DNA of 62,885 nt, the filler included, from Stramenopiles sp. TOSAG23-2 (lineage: Eukaryota), in NCBI GenBank assembly GCA_900128395.1. It is 3 parts of 3 records of this genome, joined end to end, with 100 filler letters (N's around TTAATTAATTAA, not from the genome) between each part and the next. Parts side by side here need not be neighbours in the genome. Positions count along the whole stretch, not along the records: positions 1 to 20,922 come from LT649546.1; positions 21,023 to 41,915 come from LT649547.1; 1 more part is not named here. The stretch is one strand, 5' to 3'. How positions within the stretch are numbered: the first letter of the stretch is position 1; each line of letters opens with the position of its first letter. A program made the position numbers and the translations under genes. The notes under the pieces are model-generated. The model searched no databases. It was given only the letters and a program-made list of their open reading frames with translations, and was not told the DNA's origin. Of the stretch, positions 11,001 through 24,108 are shown in pieces.

Positions 11001-14000
11001 ACAACGTTTTTCAAACGGCGCAAACCAGTCCATTTAGGATTGAAATAGCCAGTTGAAACTCCAACTGTTGAAGGAAATTTCAAAGGCCTTTGTGCTGATA
11101 AATGGAAGTTTCGCAAAGGCCGAAAGGGATGCAATCCATCGTTATCATCCCCCCAAGAGTGTTTCAGTATTGAAAATGGCCATGGCTTAGGGGTTTCTTC
11201 ACTTCGTGAATATTCACGGTCCACAAATTTTTCCACTTCGATTTGCTGATCCCTTCTAGCCTTCACTTCTTTCTCTTGCTCTTGTTCTTGCTCCCGCTCT
11301 TGTTCGGTATCCAAACGATTACTACTACGTTGTATGGAAGAAAATCTCCCAACTTGAGTCAATATTTTTTGTCCCACTTCATGTTCTTCTCTTGTCACAA
11401 TAAATTCTCCATGATCTTCAAGTAAATTTCTTAACTTGTCCCCAAATGGCAAAGGATCGGGCACCGTTGTGCCTAAGGAAAAATCTATGCTTTCATCAAA
11501 AATATCTAAGCCTCGTGTTTCATCTAAAGATAATAATTTTTCTTCGTAATTTTTATTATTTTTTACAAATGTTAGATCCATTGAATTCCCATCTTCAACA
11601 AATTCATCATTTAAAGAACTCTTCAGTTGCATGCAGTTATATGCATTTTTACGATATATATTTGAAGTATTTTGTACGCAAAGCATAGACCACTGAACTT
11701 TTTCAGAATTCATGCTATTAATAATTAACCAAGAAACGACCGAAATTAATGTTTCTTTCAATGCAGGAGGTTTTTGACTTGCTAGCATCTCTGGCTGATT
11801 TAAGCCTTTGCGCATCAAAGTAGCTACTTCTGGTATAATGAAACAATTTAACGTTTGTCCTTTGCCGATTCCTCTCATTCGATATGCACCTTGCACATAG
11901 TCTCTAAACACCATATCTTTCCCAAGTGTAATCACTGCTGTTGCATTTACAACATGTTTAATGTCCATGCCAGTTGTATGAATTTGATCATAAAACGCAA
12001 AGCGTTTTTCCAGTGGTACCCCACATTGATCTGCATTTACAACACGCCCTGTTGCACGAACTAGTACTTGTTGACGATCATTATCATCTAAAAATACAAC
12101 TCCCTCACACCACTCCAAGCCTTTATCCAAAAGCTGCTGTGCAACTTGTTTATTTGTATACCCAGTGATTAATGCACCAGTGTCAATTAACGAATGAAAA
12201 GGTGGATTATTTGCAGTTGCAATTTTTTGTATTAGTGATTTTGCGGTCCACCCTTCGTCAAGGTATGTACAAGAAACAATATCCTTATTCAAAACTGTTG
12301 TTAACATTTTCCCATCATCTCCACGAGCATAATCACATTGCCCTAATTCTAATGGTAATAAATCACTTGGCGTTCCGGAAAAACCAAGTCTTTTTCCAAC
12401 AAGTAAATCGCCACCAATAGCTTGACCACTAGCTGAAATTTTTGTGTGCTGGGATCTCATATATGCTGGATATATAATTTTTCTCAAGTAGTAATGCACA
12501 CATAATGGCTCTGTTGACCACAATTTATGCAATTTAGTCATCTGATCTAGATTTGACTTTTGCAAATATTTTAATTGTATAACCTCAACCGCTGCATCAC
12601 AACCAAGTTTTACTTCTACCTCACCCTCATCGTTTTCACCAATATTGTTTTGCTGTCGTTTCTTTCCTCCTCGAATTGCCCCCCCCAGCTGCCTTTACCC
12701 ATTTTTCATAAAGTTTCGCAGATGGTCTGTCATGAGCAGGACCTATTTCACGTGTGAACAAGGAGGTCATATGGTCAATTATATCATTGAAATCTTGCTG
12801 TCGAATGCCACTGTATCTATATGCTAAAACAGTCAAACCTAAAATCACATCTGGATGTGCAAATTCACTTGATTGAGATGGGACATCTTTTCCGATGAAT
12901 GGAACAGCTAGCTTTAACCTTGAAGGTGGCAATCTAGGATCATCGATCAATGCTTGGCGGCATTCAGCTTCTGTCAACAAGCCAAAACTAACTCTGTTAA
13001 TTTTCTTTAAACAATGCGGCAAAAACACATGTAACCAATCATGTGCTAGATTTAATAATTTTTGGTGCTCTGGCATTACTCGAGACATCAATTCTGCTGA
13101 TAGTGCAGTTCGTTCTAAAGATAATATTTCTGTTTTAATAGATTTGATATGATACACATGTTGTTCCTTCTCTATTTCAGTAGGTTCAGTACTAAAATAT
13201 GCCAGTGCCAATGCTGCTTCAACTCCCCATTCTGGACCTGCTTCTGCTAAAGCAGCCATGCTTTGTTTGTTGTCATTGTCAGCTACCGGACCTTCAAGTG
13301 AAGAAGGAAGACTATTACCTAGTTCCTCACGTCGCTTCTCTAGACATGTTTCTAATTTCTTTGCTGAATCTATGACTCTTTTAACAAACACTTCTTTCTT
13401 AATACCTAGATTATCTTTTAATTCATTAAATTTTTTATTCAATTCTCCCAATCTTTCTCTAAGTTTTTCTAAACGGGATGTGCCCCACGATGTTTGTCGT
13501 GAAATGCCAGGTGGTCCAATAGAGTTTGAACTTTGAGTATCCACCACTTTTGTCTCCTCAGTATGGCCATTAATTAAAGTCAACAAGTCATCATCCCCAT
13601 TCTTTTCGTCATCACTTTCATCTTTTTCATAATTTGCGTCACCTTCATCATCAATCTCTTTTGTTACGTTTTCCATTGCTAGCTGCAGCTCTTCTAGTGA
13701 ATCATAAACAGTTATTCCGCTTACCCAAAGATTCAAGCGATGTTTTTCGCTGAGTGGTTCAGCACCAGCAAAAATGAATAATCGATCAAAAGAAAAAGAT
13801 TCCAGGCGATTTAAAGAATCTACTATTTTGTCTGTAATATATTGAGGAACTCCGTGGCCTGCACCAATTACAAGACATCTTAACTTTTTGTTTGTAATTA
13901 ATGATTTCGTAATCTCTAACGCTTCATCTCCTTCATGGCCACATTGTCGCATTGAAAATCCTTGCTCCTCCATTTTCGAGCAAAGGCGATGGACTTCTCG

Positions 14001-17000
14001 CTCCTCTTTCACTAAATGTTTTTCATCTTCTTCATCATACTCCGACCCGTCATTCGAATCAAAGAGTGGTGCCATCCAAACAATAGTAGAATTATCCAAT
14101 GAACTGTCACGTGGATTTTCAAGCTTTTCAATTTTCAATTTACAAGATTGAATTTGCTTCATCATGTTTTGCCTTTCAATGGTAGTTGTAAGAACTACTT
14201 CCCTCAATCTTTCGCTATCTTCGCATACCGCAAATACCAATTCTTTTTCCTCCTCTGCAACTTGTTTTGCTGCTTTAAGATATTTAATTTCCGTTTCTAA
14301 AATGGCATGCTCTTCATCATCTATCTGGTCACTAGATATAGATCGTTTTATTGCATTGGCCTTTAAAATATTTCCACTATCCTCAAGTGATAAACTTGCT
14401 AAATGTGCTTTTGTCATTTCAGGGTCTTCATCAATTAAACCCTTTTTAATTTCGCGTTCACGAATGGCTAAATCTAGTAATTTTACTTTTGTTACACAAT
14501 CACCCTTTGCTGCAGCCCCATCAATAACATACCGCAACATTTCGCGATGGTCTAAACCAGCAACATGTTGTTGTCGCAGCCATAAAATAAGCCACTCAGC
14601 AAGGATTGGCATCATTTTGTCTTTGTAAAAGTCTAAATCAAGCAAAGTCAAATGTGGCAATCGTTGTAATGCATTTATTTGTAACCCCATAATAGTAGTC
14701 GCTTTCAACTTCTGCAAAATTTGTGCAGCTTGACCCCTATACTCAAATTCTGATACTCTACCAGTTGTTGTGAAAAAAATTGCATCCATTAAATGAACAA
14801 CTAAGTTCCATCGTGCACCATCTTCAGATGCATCTAAATCAAATTTTTCGCCCAATGGAAAATTCAACTCAGATTTTAATGGGTGCAGCAACAAATCTAC
14901 TTCATCAAGCAACATAACACCTGTTTTAAATAATTTTAAAGTGCTGATTAAGGTCTTGATTTCGCTTTCAATTTTTGTGATGTCCTGTGTTGATAACTCA
15001 TTTTGCATGGCATATTTTAATTGTCGTTTCTTCTCAATAAATGATAAGAACACACTTTTGATTGCAGTTGGCGTTGCTACAACAATACCTCGATTTTTCA
15101 CAGCGTTTTGCAACGATTGTGTCAAGGATGGTTTGACATCTGTACTTCGATCAAACTTTAAAGTATAGATCCTCTTTTGGACAATAATTGAAAACGTTTC
15201 TTGCATTCTTTTTCTGGACATTTCAAGCAATGCTCGAGGCACAACAGAGAGGACAAGATCATCCCCATTTGCAAGCATCAAAGCTAATAATGGAGCAACA
15301 ACAGTAGTTTTACCGGCGCCCATAATCATTTGTTTTACTTTTGATTTTCCTTGTTTTAATGAATCCATAAAATCTTTTACAATTTTTACCTGTGCTTTTC
15401 TCAAAACTATATTCCATGTAAACTCAAAAACTAAAAATCTAGGATCAAAAATAACCATTGACCCATTCTTGTCATCGTCACTCATGTCATACATGTAATG
15501 TCGCTTGGTGGCTAACATTTTCGCAAGATCGGAAGCAGCTTGTAATAAATTAGGCAACAGCCGAACTTTTTGCTCTTTTCGTTGTGATTCATTCAATTTT
15601 AAAATGTCTTTCAATTTTTTCTCTAATTTCTGTGCGGCACTAATGCATCTATTGGTATGACCCACTCTACTTGATCGCAAAATTGCTATAATTGTTAGCT
15701 TCATTATCCGTTTTAAATTTTCATTTGATAAATATGGATTCAATTTTAATAAATCATCTGTAGATTTAGTAGATAATAAAGTGCTAAATAAATATTCAAG
15801 CCAAACCAATGGCTCTTGTTTTGCCTCACGACGAAGTAGAAACATCAGTTTTCCTGAAAAATCTTTATCTTTTGATACACGAACATAAGAGCAAGCCTTC
15901 ATCAATAAAGGAATTGCTTGTTGCACCATTTTTGCATCACGATTTCGAATATGTTGCAATTCAACATTCATTACCTTCATATAATCAATTACAGCTTGCA
16001 CTTTGTCTTCACCGCCATGTAATTCAAAGATACTGTCAAATTTAATTGTGGAGAAAATATTCAATAATGGCATAGCAGCTTTATTTTCCATATTACTGTA
16101 TTCCTTCATATCATTAACTAATCGATTCCAAAAAGCAGAAGCAACATGGGATTGCGCTGCTTCATGTTTTTGGATATCAAAAGGAAGCTTTGCTGAAATA
16201 TTCGTCAACCCTCTGTCTGAACGGGACAAAATGGAAATATTTTTATTCTCTATTTCTGCTAATGGTGTAGTGGCCAAATTAAATAGATCTTTATCAATAA
16301 ATGACATTGTTTCAGCAACTTCGCTTGTAGATAAAGAAACGCCAGCTTCTTCACGGAGGAATTCAATAATCCCAGATCGCTCCGTTTCGTTGCTTAAATC
16401 TCTTATTCCTGTTGTAATGGCATTCAGCCATTGTGGCCCACCTCCAACAATTTTTTTAGCCCCATTAATAGGCATATTATTCCGAAAAAATATGGTTGTT
16501 GGCATTGATTCAATTTTATATTTTTTGGCAATGGCTTCACATTCATCAACATCTACAACTAAAAATTTAACTGATATTGCATTTTTAGCAATTGCATGAT
16601 ATATTGGTTCAATCTGTTTGCACGGACCACACCATTCTGCCGAAAATTTCACTACAACTAATTGTCCGATTTTATTGCTTTTCTGCATTTCTTCATCAAA
16701 ATGTAATTTTGACAATATTTCAATTGGATGATTCCATTTGATTAATTTTTGGCGAAGAATGTAATCTGCAGATCCAGCTAGCTGTTTTATATCCTCCACA
16801 TTCATACCCTCTAAGCTTCTTTTCTCACATCGTAAATCACTAATTTCAGGCCTTCGAACATTATTAGCAAACATATTATTTGTTTCTGTAACACTTTCAA
16901 CAACAATCTCTGATATAGGTTCCGGCAACTCATCATATGGTGCTTTTGGTGGATATCTAATCGCTCCACGTAATTTTTTAAATTTTTGAAACAAAGGTAA

Positions 17001-20000
17001 GATTTCATTAAATAGGTCAGCCAGGGGAGCTTTTGGATTTTTTTTATCAATCCAACCATTGAACACTCCATTCTTTGCATTGTATCTACTGCCTTTAAAC
17101 TTAGGTACATATCTACATAATCGACGGTTCAAAGAGAGAATATTTAAAATAGATGCAGGTATTGATTTGGTATGTCTATCTTTGAATAATTGCAGTAGCA
17201 ACACTGCAAGACGATGTGATTCATATGAGGATGAATCTTGACTGCGATTCCCAATTTGCCACCCACTAAACCCGGAGCTTAACAGTTTACATTTATGCTC
17301 ACCATTCAATAATTCATATATAAATAGAAAACCTAGTCTACTGTAAAATCCATCCATGTTTTCCCCTCTGGTCCATATTTTGTCAAGTATATCTAAACCA
17401 CTTGAACCTCTCAAAGTCATTGGCGGATCATATTTAAAACTCATAATTTTTATTGTTGCTCCAAGGCCGTCTCCTAATATATGACGTCTAACGGAGGACA
17501 CAGTATCACCTTTTTCATGACTCAGGCTATCGTCACTTCCAATGACATATATTGTCACACGTTCTCCTTCAACTGTACAAGTAACTTTTGCGGATCCACT
17601 TCGCCTGGCTTTTTCTAAAGTACGCATAGTTTCTTTTGAATATAGCCGCCACCCACTTTTTGTTTCATACATCCATATGCATTTATCAATATCATTCATC
17701 TCAGCATCCTTGCTTTCAATCTCCTTGACTTTCTTCACAGCTGCTTTTACCATATATTCACGTACTTTTTCCATCAAGCTCCCATCGTCCTCCATCGTGA
17801 CATCATATTGCATCCATATGCCCTCTTCATCCTCCAAGACTGCTTTACTTACAACTGCTGCCTCATATTTATTACTGCCTCTTAATTTGACTTGTACTTT
17901 GTCTCCAACTTTGAAAATTTTTTTCTTTGAAATTTGCTTTTGTGGTATCATCAAGGACTCGTCTTCCTCAAACCTTACAGTATATTTTCGACTATCTTCA
18001 TGATACTGTTGTATAATTGCATTTTCGTATCCGTACCCTATCTTTCGTTTAGCTTGTACCAATTGATCAATTTGAAACTTTTGCTCTAGTTTCTTATGTT
18101 CCTTCTCTTTACCTTCAGAATTTTCAGTCAGTTTCTTTGTAATAATTTTGCAACCAATTTTTGCAATAGCCTGTCGAACAAAATCATCTTGTTTATCAGC
18201 TGATATTTTTGAAATTTCTGATGGCAAAAGGCCACTTTTAAATGATAAATAATTTACATCAACTCCTTTCATCTCTGCCATCTCTGTTGCAATATTATTA
18301 TCGCTGCTTTTCTTCAAAGAATCATCTAGTATTTTACTTTCGTCATCACCCAAGTCGTCTTCTGCAAAAGTGGCATCATTTAATATGCTTTTAGCCAAAT
18401 CTTCATTTTTCATAGTTTCTTCTTCTACTACTACAAATTTATCTCCATCCTCCACTGTTGTTTCTTTAGCCAATCTAGATTCAGTAAATGTGTTATTTCT
18501 TGGAACAAAAAGTGAAAAATCTATCAATGCACTTGTACATACGATTGGAAAAACGTTGGAGGACTTTAATAATTTAAATATATTACCAATCGTCAATTCT
18601 GGTTTTACCATTTCGTTTATTGCTAATGTAAGTACCCCATTTTCTGTTATTGTGACAGTCAATGTATCTTCCTTCTTCCACAACAAAGACGAGTTGCTAG
18701 GAATTTCTTGGGCAATCTGCTTGCCGTTATGATATATGGTCCCATTTGCATATATCCCAATAGAATTAATTGAATTTCCAAGACATGGTGGTGCGGTTGG
18801 GCCAAAGTTTGAAAATCTATCGGAACATAAGCCAATTCCATCGCAACTTCCATCTATTACAGGTGTATGTAACCACTGAATTGTGAATTCAGTTTTTCCA
18901 GCTTTTTCATCTATTGCATCACCAAATTTAACAGCTTCAACACTTTTACCAATTCGCTTTTGAAGTCGACCTTTTTGAGCATTTTCAAACATTTTTTTGT
19001 TTTGTAATATTTGTTTATCACGTTGCTCCTGCCCCTCTACAAGCCATTCGTCCTTTTCATTTTTAACAATCTTCCTTAATCCTCGTCTTCTAAGATGAAA
19101 CATTTGACTTTCTTCTTCTTCCTCTTCCATCTCTTCGCCATCTTGTCCATAAATGCCAAACCAGCCGGTAACTATTTGGGATGAAATTTTGATTTTCTTA
19201 TGACGATCACGCTGGGTTTCCTTCGACACGTTTAAACACACCTGATCCATTTTCAAACCCTGTATGATTTTCTTGTTTCTTGGATTCTCAATTGTAACAT
19301 TATTCTTTCGATACAACGTCCCATTTATATATTCACGCTCTAAATAAATATTTTCGGGCATTGGCAGTGGAATCCATGCTTCAGATTCCCATTTCTCTGT
19401 CCTTTCCCATTGAAAATCTAATTGATTTGTAGTTGAAAGTACGGCTTGCCTTCCTTCATCAGTTATCATGAAGGATTCACCATGTACATCATCATTCCAA
19501 TAGTATGGCATGACTTCTTCCTCTTCTTCCAAATCCTCATTACCTTTACTTTCCAGTATTAATTGACGTGTGTATGCACCAAAAGCAGCTTGATCTTCTT
19601 GTGTGGTGTATTTTTCTAAAAATGAAGCTAGTTGTGCTACTGTTGCAGTTTCCCCTGCTAATGATGGGAAAGTGTTTAATGGTTCTCCATTTCTCAAAAA
19701 AACAAATGATGGGAACGAGGTAACTTTATAACTATTTGCAATTTTAGCCATGCCCTTTGCATCAGCTTTAATGCTTAAAAATCGAATCCATGGCCATGAG
19801 CTAATAAGATCTTGAACTTGTTTCATTAATGCAGTACACTTTTTTGACCATTGGACTTGGAAACATGCTAATGCTAACCACCCACCAGGTGGTGGTGGGG
19901 ACATTGTTCCACTAATTTCGGGGGTTTTTTCTTCCATAAAACCTTTTGGTGTATCAATATAAGTCATTTTACTGTATTTTTCGCCCAAAACACTTAAATC

Positions 20001-20922
20001 GGAGTAGTAGGTCCAATTGGATGTTTTCGCACGTTCTGGAATAAAACATTTAGCCATGATAGCTGTACCCTCTTCTTTATTTGCATTTGCTTTTGCTTTT
20101 AATTCGTATAATCTATTTTTTACAACAGTGCAAAAGTATAAATGGTGCTTTTTTGGATCATAATTTGGAGATTCCCGATCTAAAACAATATCTTCACTAT
20201 CCAAAAGTTGAATTTCTTCTTCATCCTTAAGCCTGCACACCACATTTGTATGATTGGATTTCAAAGTATATCGTGCTGCCTCTAATGTTAAATCCCATGG
20301 GGAATTCATCCCGGAATCGTTGGTTACTAATGATATTTTCAAGCGGCATGCATGTGCATCAGGGTGAAAATCATCTCCCATGCGTGTAAAATATTTAAAT
20401 ATGGTAGCGCTACTGCTTTTATAGTTTGTATCTGTAGCAACTGAATCTGCTAGGCGAAAGACGTGGTCGTATTGCCGATTTAAATAGCGCAATAACATTA
20501 AATATAATGCCGTATCTACCCCTTTTGTCATTAAAAACGCCAACGAAACATGGATTGGATATATATAATATTTTTGTGTTAAACCATTGTACCATTTTTC
20601 ATCTTGTCTATCAAGAACAAGCTCTGTAGTAAATGGCTGGCTTTCTACCACAGGTCTAACTGGGGAGACAACAGCAACTAAAACTGACAGTTCTCGTTGA
20701 GAATTAGACATGACTAGTGAATGTGGGATGCCTTCCAAAATTGCACCAATCATATGCGGTCTTTCATTTGAAATGTATAAATCTGCATGGTCTATAGAAT
20801 ACAAATTATTCTTTCCTTCGTGGTCTGTACGACTTGTAAATGCCAACTTTAATCTAGGCAATTCTACGGAATCAATTTGCGGGCAACCTTTTGCTAAATG
20901 CGAAGGGGCACTTACACTATCC
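8054..20922 (-). CDS. Giant DUF3638/DUF3645-type SF2-helicase-like multidomain protein (5' truncated; one +1 frameshift at C8 run 12679-12686)
   Basis: Frame is open to the contig end at 20922. Motifs: QMIMGAGKTT (Walker A), LLDEVD (Walker B), GFSGTP, FYDQIHTTGMDIK, QGAYRMR, EQEREQEQEQE, thioredoxin WCGPC, EF-hand (DFNDDGVIDYHEY) and a Cys-rich finger. Deleting one G joins ORFs 12636-20861 and 8054-12565. Confidence 0.8.
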
Positions 20923-21022
20923 NNNNNNNNNNNNNNNNNNNNNNNNNNNNNNNNNNNNNNNNNNNNTTAATTAATTAANNNNNNNNNNNNNNNNNNNNNN
21001 NNNNNNNNNNNNNNNNNNNNNN
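20923..21022. other. Artificial contig spacer (N44-TTAATTAATTAA-N44)
   Basis: 100-nt N pad with a six-frame stop linker; identical spacer at 41916-42015. Confidence 0.98.
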
Positions 21023-21065
21023 CAATGGCTAATACCACAATGAATGCAATTAATAATTTGTTCAT
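21023..21065 (-). CDS. 5' fragment of a secreted protein (signal peptide only), truncated at contig end
   Basis: ATG at 21065 reads MNKLLIAFIVVLAI into the gap. Confidence 0.45.
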
Positions 21066-21583
21066 ATTTTTGTTGTTTTTTTTGTTGTTGTTTTTTTTTA
21101 TATTAATTTGTTTTTACAAAATGTTACAATATATATATATACTCTGTTACTATCGTTTGTGTTTCTTTTATATATTTCTATATATTTACGAATGTCGATG
21201 ATCTCTCCCACTCTCTATGTATCTTTTCTATCGAACATAAGTATGTATTTTTGATGTGCGACACGTTGCAAAAAAATAAAAAAAAAGGCTGTGGTTTTTT
21301 CACAAATAGTATGAACATACCATTGCGTAGAAATCCGTGAACATTGATACTAGTTCGAGGATGTGAGGTGGAGAGAACCTCCAGGAAAACAACAAATATT
21401 ATACAACTTGTACCAGTTTTCATACTGTAAAACGCCACGAGAAGCCCTATATCATCGGGTCACAAAACGTCAAAAATAACACAATATGTTTAAGGAATTA
21501 CAGATCTTGTTTAGTCTATTAATCAAAGTAAGGGAAATTAGATAAAAAACAATTAGAATATTAGAATATCTTAAGATATACTC

Positions 21584-22193
21584 AAGACTCCTTCGTTCAT
21601 CTATACTTCAATAACACTATAACTACTATATAAAGAACAAGGATACAGGTAGCTTATACTAATACCTTAAATTACCGGCAATTTTGATATCGGGATTGTT
21701 CCTTGTTCACGAAAAGTTAAGGTTTTTCAACATTGCACAGTGATGATTTTGCACCTTATAACCTTTTTTGATCGAAAAGAAACAAAAAAAAATCAATAAA
21801 AATCAACAATAAAAACGTAGAAAAAAGATATCAATGATGTCATGCATGCATGTGTGTGTGTGTGGAAAGACTCCTTCGTTCATCTATACTTCAATAACAC
21901 TATAACTACTATATAAAGAACGAGGATACAGGTAGCTTATAATAATACCTTAAATTACCGGCAATTTTGATATTTGATATCGGGAAAATATGAATTCGTC
22001 TATGTACAAAAGTTGATATACAATATACATCCTCGTTCACGAAAAGTTAAGGTTTTTCAACATCGCACAGAGATGATTTTGCACCTTATAACCTTTTTTG
22101 ATCGAAAAGAAACAAAAAAAAATCAATAAAAATCAACAATAAAAACGTAGAAAAAAGATATCAATGATGTCATGCATGCATGTGTGTGTGTGT
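21584..22193. repeat. Imperfect tandem duplication (about 280 bp + 327 bp) with SNPs and an indel
   Basis: 21584-21863 recurs at 21867-22193 with substitutions (gaacaagg/gaacgagg; cattgcacagtg/catcgcacagag) and about 47 nt extra. Confidence 0.9.
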
Positions 22194-22443
22194 AGTTGGA
22201 AGGATAGATATAAATTATAAAAGACTTGACAACGGTTTTTTTCTTTAAGACAGGACACTATTTTATGATAATTGTTCATATTTAAATATTATATATATAT
22301 ATATATATATATCAATTTGTTTGATACTTTTTTTTTTTGACTGATCATTGATTAATTAACCATTTTAAGAATTTCCATAAGTATATATATAGACAAAAGA
22401 TACGGAAGAATAAACAAATTAAAAAGAAAAAAAAATAATTATA

Positions 22444-24108
22444 ATGAAATACAATAATAAAAAAATTACATTTATTATCACTGCTTTAACAATTTTATTC
22501 GCAATAGTAGTAACAACATTACCTCACAACGTTCATGCGCAAGATGAGGAACAAGAGCCACGACAACGAGTGAACATTGTATTAGTTGGTGCCACAGGAA
22601 ATTTAGCGAAAAAATATTTATGGCAATCATTATTTCGATTATTTAAAGAAACAATAATAACACCAAATGCACCATCATTTGTTGTATGGCCTGCTGCATC
22701 TAAACCAGCAAGCACTGCAAGTGGTATGTTGGAAGAAATCTTGGAGAAAAATATTGAATGTGTATTAGGCGTTGATTTTGTAGTACGTGCGGATATGGCT
22801 ATTTGCGAAGGTGATCGTCATTACTTTATTAAAAAAGTGGTAAGACCATATACACAATTACGTAAAGATATACATTACAAAGAATTAAATGACAAGATAA
22901 ATGAAGATATGGTTAATGATGGTGGTGCTGATGTTGTTCAATCGGAAGCTGGACGTTTATTTTATTTATCAATACCGCCAAAATTTTATAAATCCATTGC
23001 TAAATCAATTAATGATCATTCAAGACCAAAAGATATAGCATGGTTACGTGTTGTATTGGAGAAACCATTTGGTTCTGATGTAGATACCGCAAGAGATTTA
23101 TCAAATTCATTGACTGAACATTTAAAAGAAGACGAAATTTATCGTATTGATCATTATCTTGGTAAATTAGGTGTTCAAAGTTTATATGATTTCAGAGTGA
23201 AAAACCGTAATGTGTATGAACAATATTTAAACAATAAATATGTTGAACGTGTTGAAGTAGTGATGAAGGAAACGGAAGATTGTGCAGGGAGAACGAAATT
23301 TTACAATCAATATGGTGTCATACGTGATGTGTTGCAAAATCATTTAACAGTAATGGCGGCATTGATTGCAATGGATTTACCAGATGAAAAAAGTTTAACT
23401 GATTCACGTGAAATTATTCAATCAAAAATATCATTTTTACAACATGTTTCACCACCAACAATCGATGATGCAGTATTGGGACAATACGATGGATATCGTT
23501 CACATCATAGCAACGATGTACCTGAAAAAGATGCACGGGAGGCAGCAAAAACGAGACAAGTAACATTTGCTAGTGTTAAATTGAATGTTGATTCGAAACG
23601 ATGGAAAGGTGTACCATTTATTTTAACTGCTGGAAAAGTTTTAGATGAAAGAGCAGCATATGTACGTGTAGTATTTAAACATAAAACAAATGCAGAAATT
23701 ATCTTTAATGTTCAAGGTGGTAAACTTGGTACACGTATATCTGCTACTTCCGAAGCAGAGCCTTTTATTGTTCCAAATGGATATATATCAGTACCATCTG
23801 ATAAAGATCCAGAAGCAGTGACAACAGATGCAAAACCATTGGATACTCCAGTAAAAAATGCATATGAAGTACTTGTTGCTGATATTTTCTTTGGACGTAA
23901 AGAAAATTTTGTCGGTACTGCTAGTTTATTGCAAAGTTGGAAAGTATGGACACCACTTTTGAAAGAATATGATGATGAATCTACTAAGATTCATACCCCT
24001 ATTTTGTATAGCATTGGTGGGAAAGAAGTGTTTAAATCTGTAAGAGAAAAAAATTGGAGAAGTGAAAACGTACATGATAATGATGCGAAGAAGAGTGATG
24101 AATTGTAA
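22444..24108 (+). CDS. H6PD: ER-luminal hexose/glucose-6-phosphate dehydrogenase (H6PD-like, no lactonase domain)
   Basis: Signal peptide; GATGNLAKKYLWQSLF, EKPFG, RIDHYLGK, YGVIRDVLQNHLT; C-terminal SDEL. Confidence 0.85.
   Translation: MKYNNKKITFIITALTILFAIVVTTLPHNVHAQDEEQEPRQRVNIVLVGATGNLAKKYLWQSLFRLFKETIITPNAPSFVVWPAASKPASTASGMLEEILEKNIECVLGVDFVVRADMAICEGDRHYFIKKVVRPYTQLRKDIHYKELNDKINEDMVNDGGADVVQSEAGRLFYLSIPPKFYKSIAKSINDHSRPKDIAWLRVVLEKPFGSDVDTARDLSNSLTEHLKEDEIYRIDHYLGKLGVQSLYDFRVKNRNVYEQYLNNKYVERVEVVMKETEDCAGRTKFYNQYGVIRDVLQNHLTVMAALIAMDLPDEKSLTDSREIIQSKISFLQHVSPPTIDDAVLGQYDGYRSHHSNDVPEKDAREAAKTRQVTFASVKLNVDSKRWKGVPFILTAGKVLDERAAYVRVVFKHKTNAEIIFNVQGGKLGTRISATSEAEPFIVPNGYISVPSDKDPEAVTTDAKPLDTPVKNAYEVLVADIFFGRKENFVGTASLLQSWKVWTPLLKEYDDESTKIHTPILYSIGGKEVFKSVREKNWRSENVHDNDAKKSDEL

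Noticed and set aside
8201-20970. Many plus-strand ORFs antisense to the giant gene (also those opposite GLG1 and the membrane protein)
   Set aside because: Shadow ORFs caused by codon bias on the coding strand.
20923-21022. TTAATTAATTAA within N runs as a biological motif
   Set aside because: It is a concatenation linker. The contigs are size-sorted (20922, 20893, 20870 nt), so gene neighbourhoods across spacers are meaningless.
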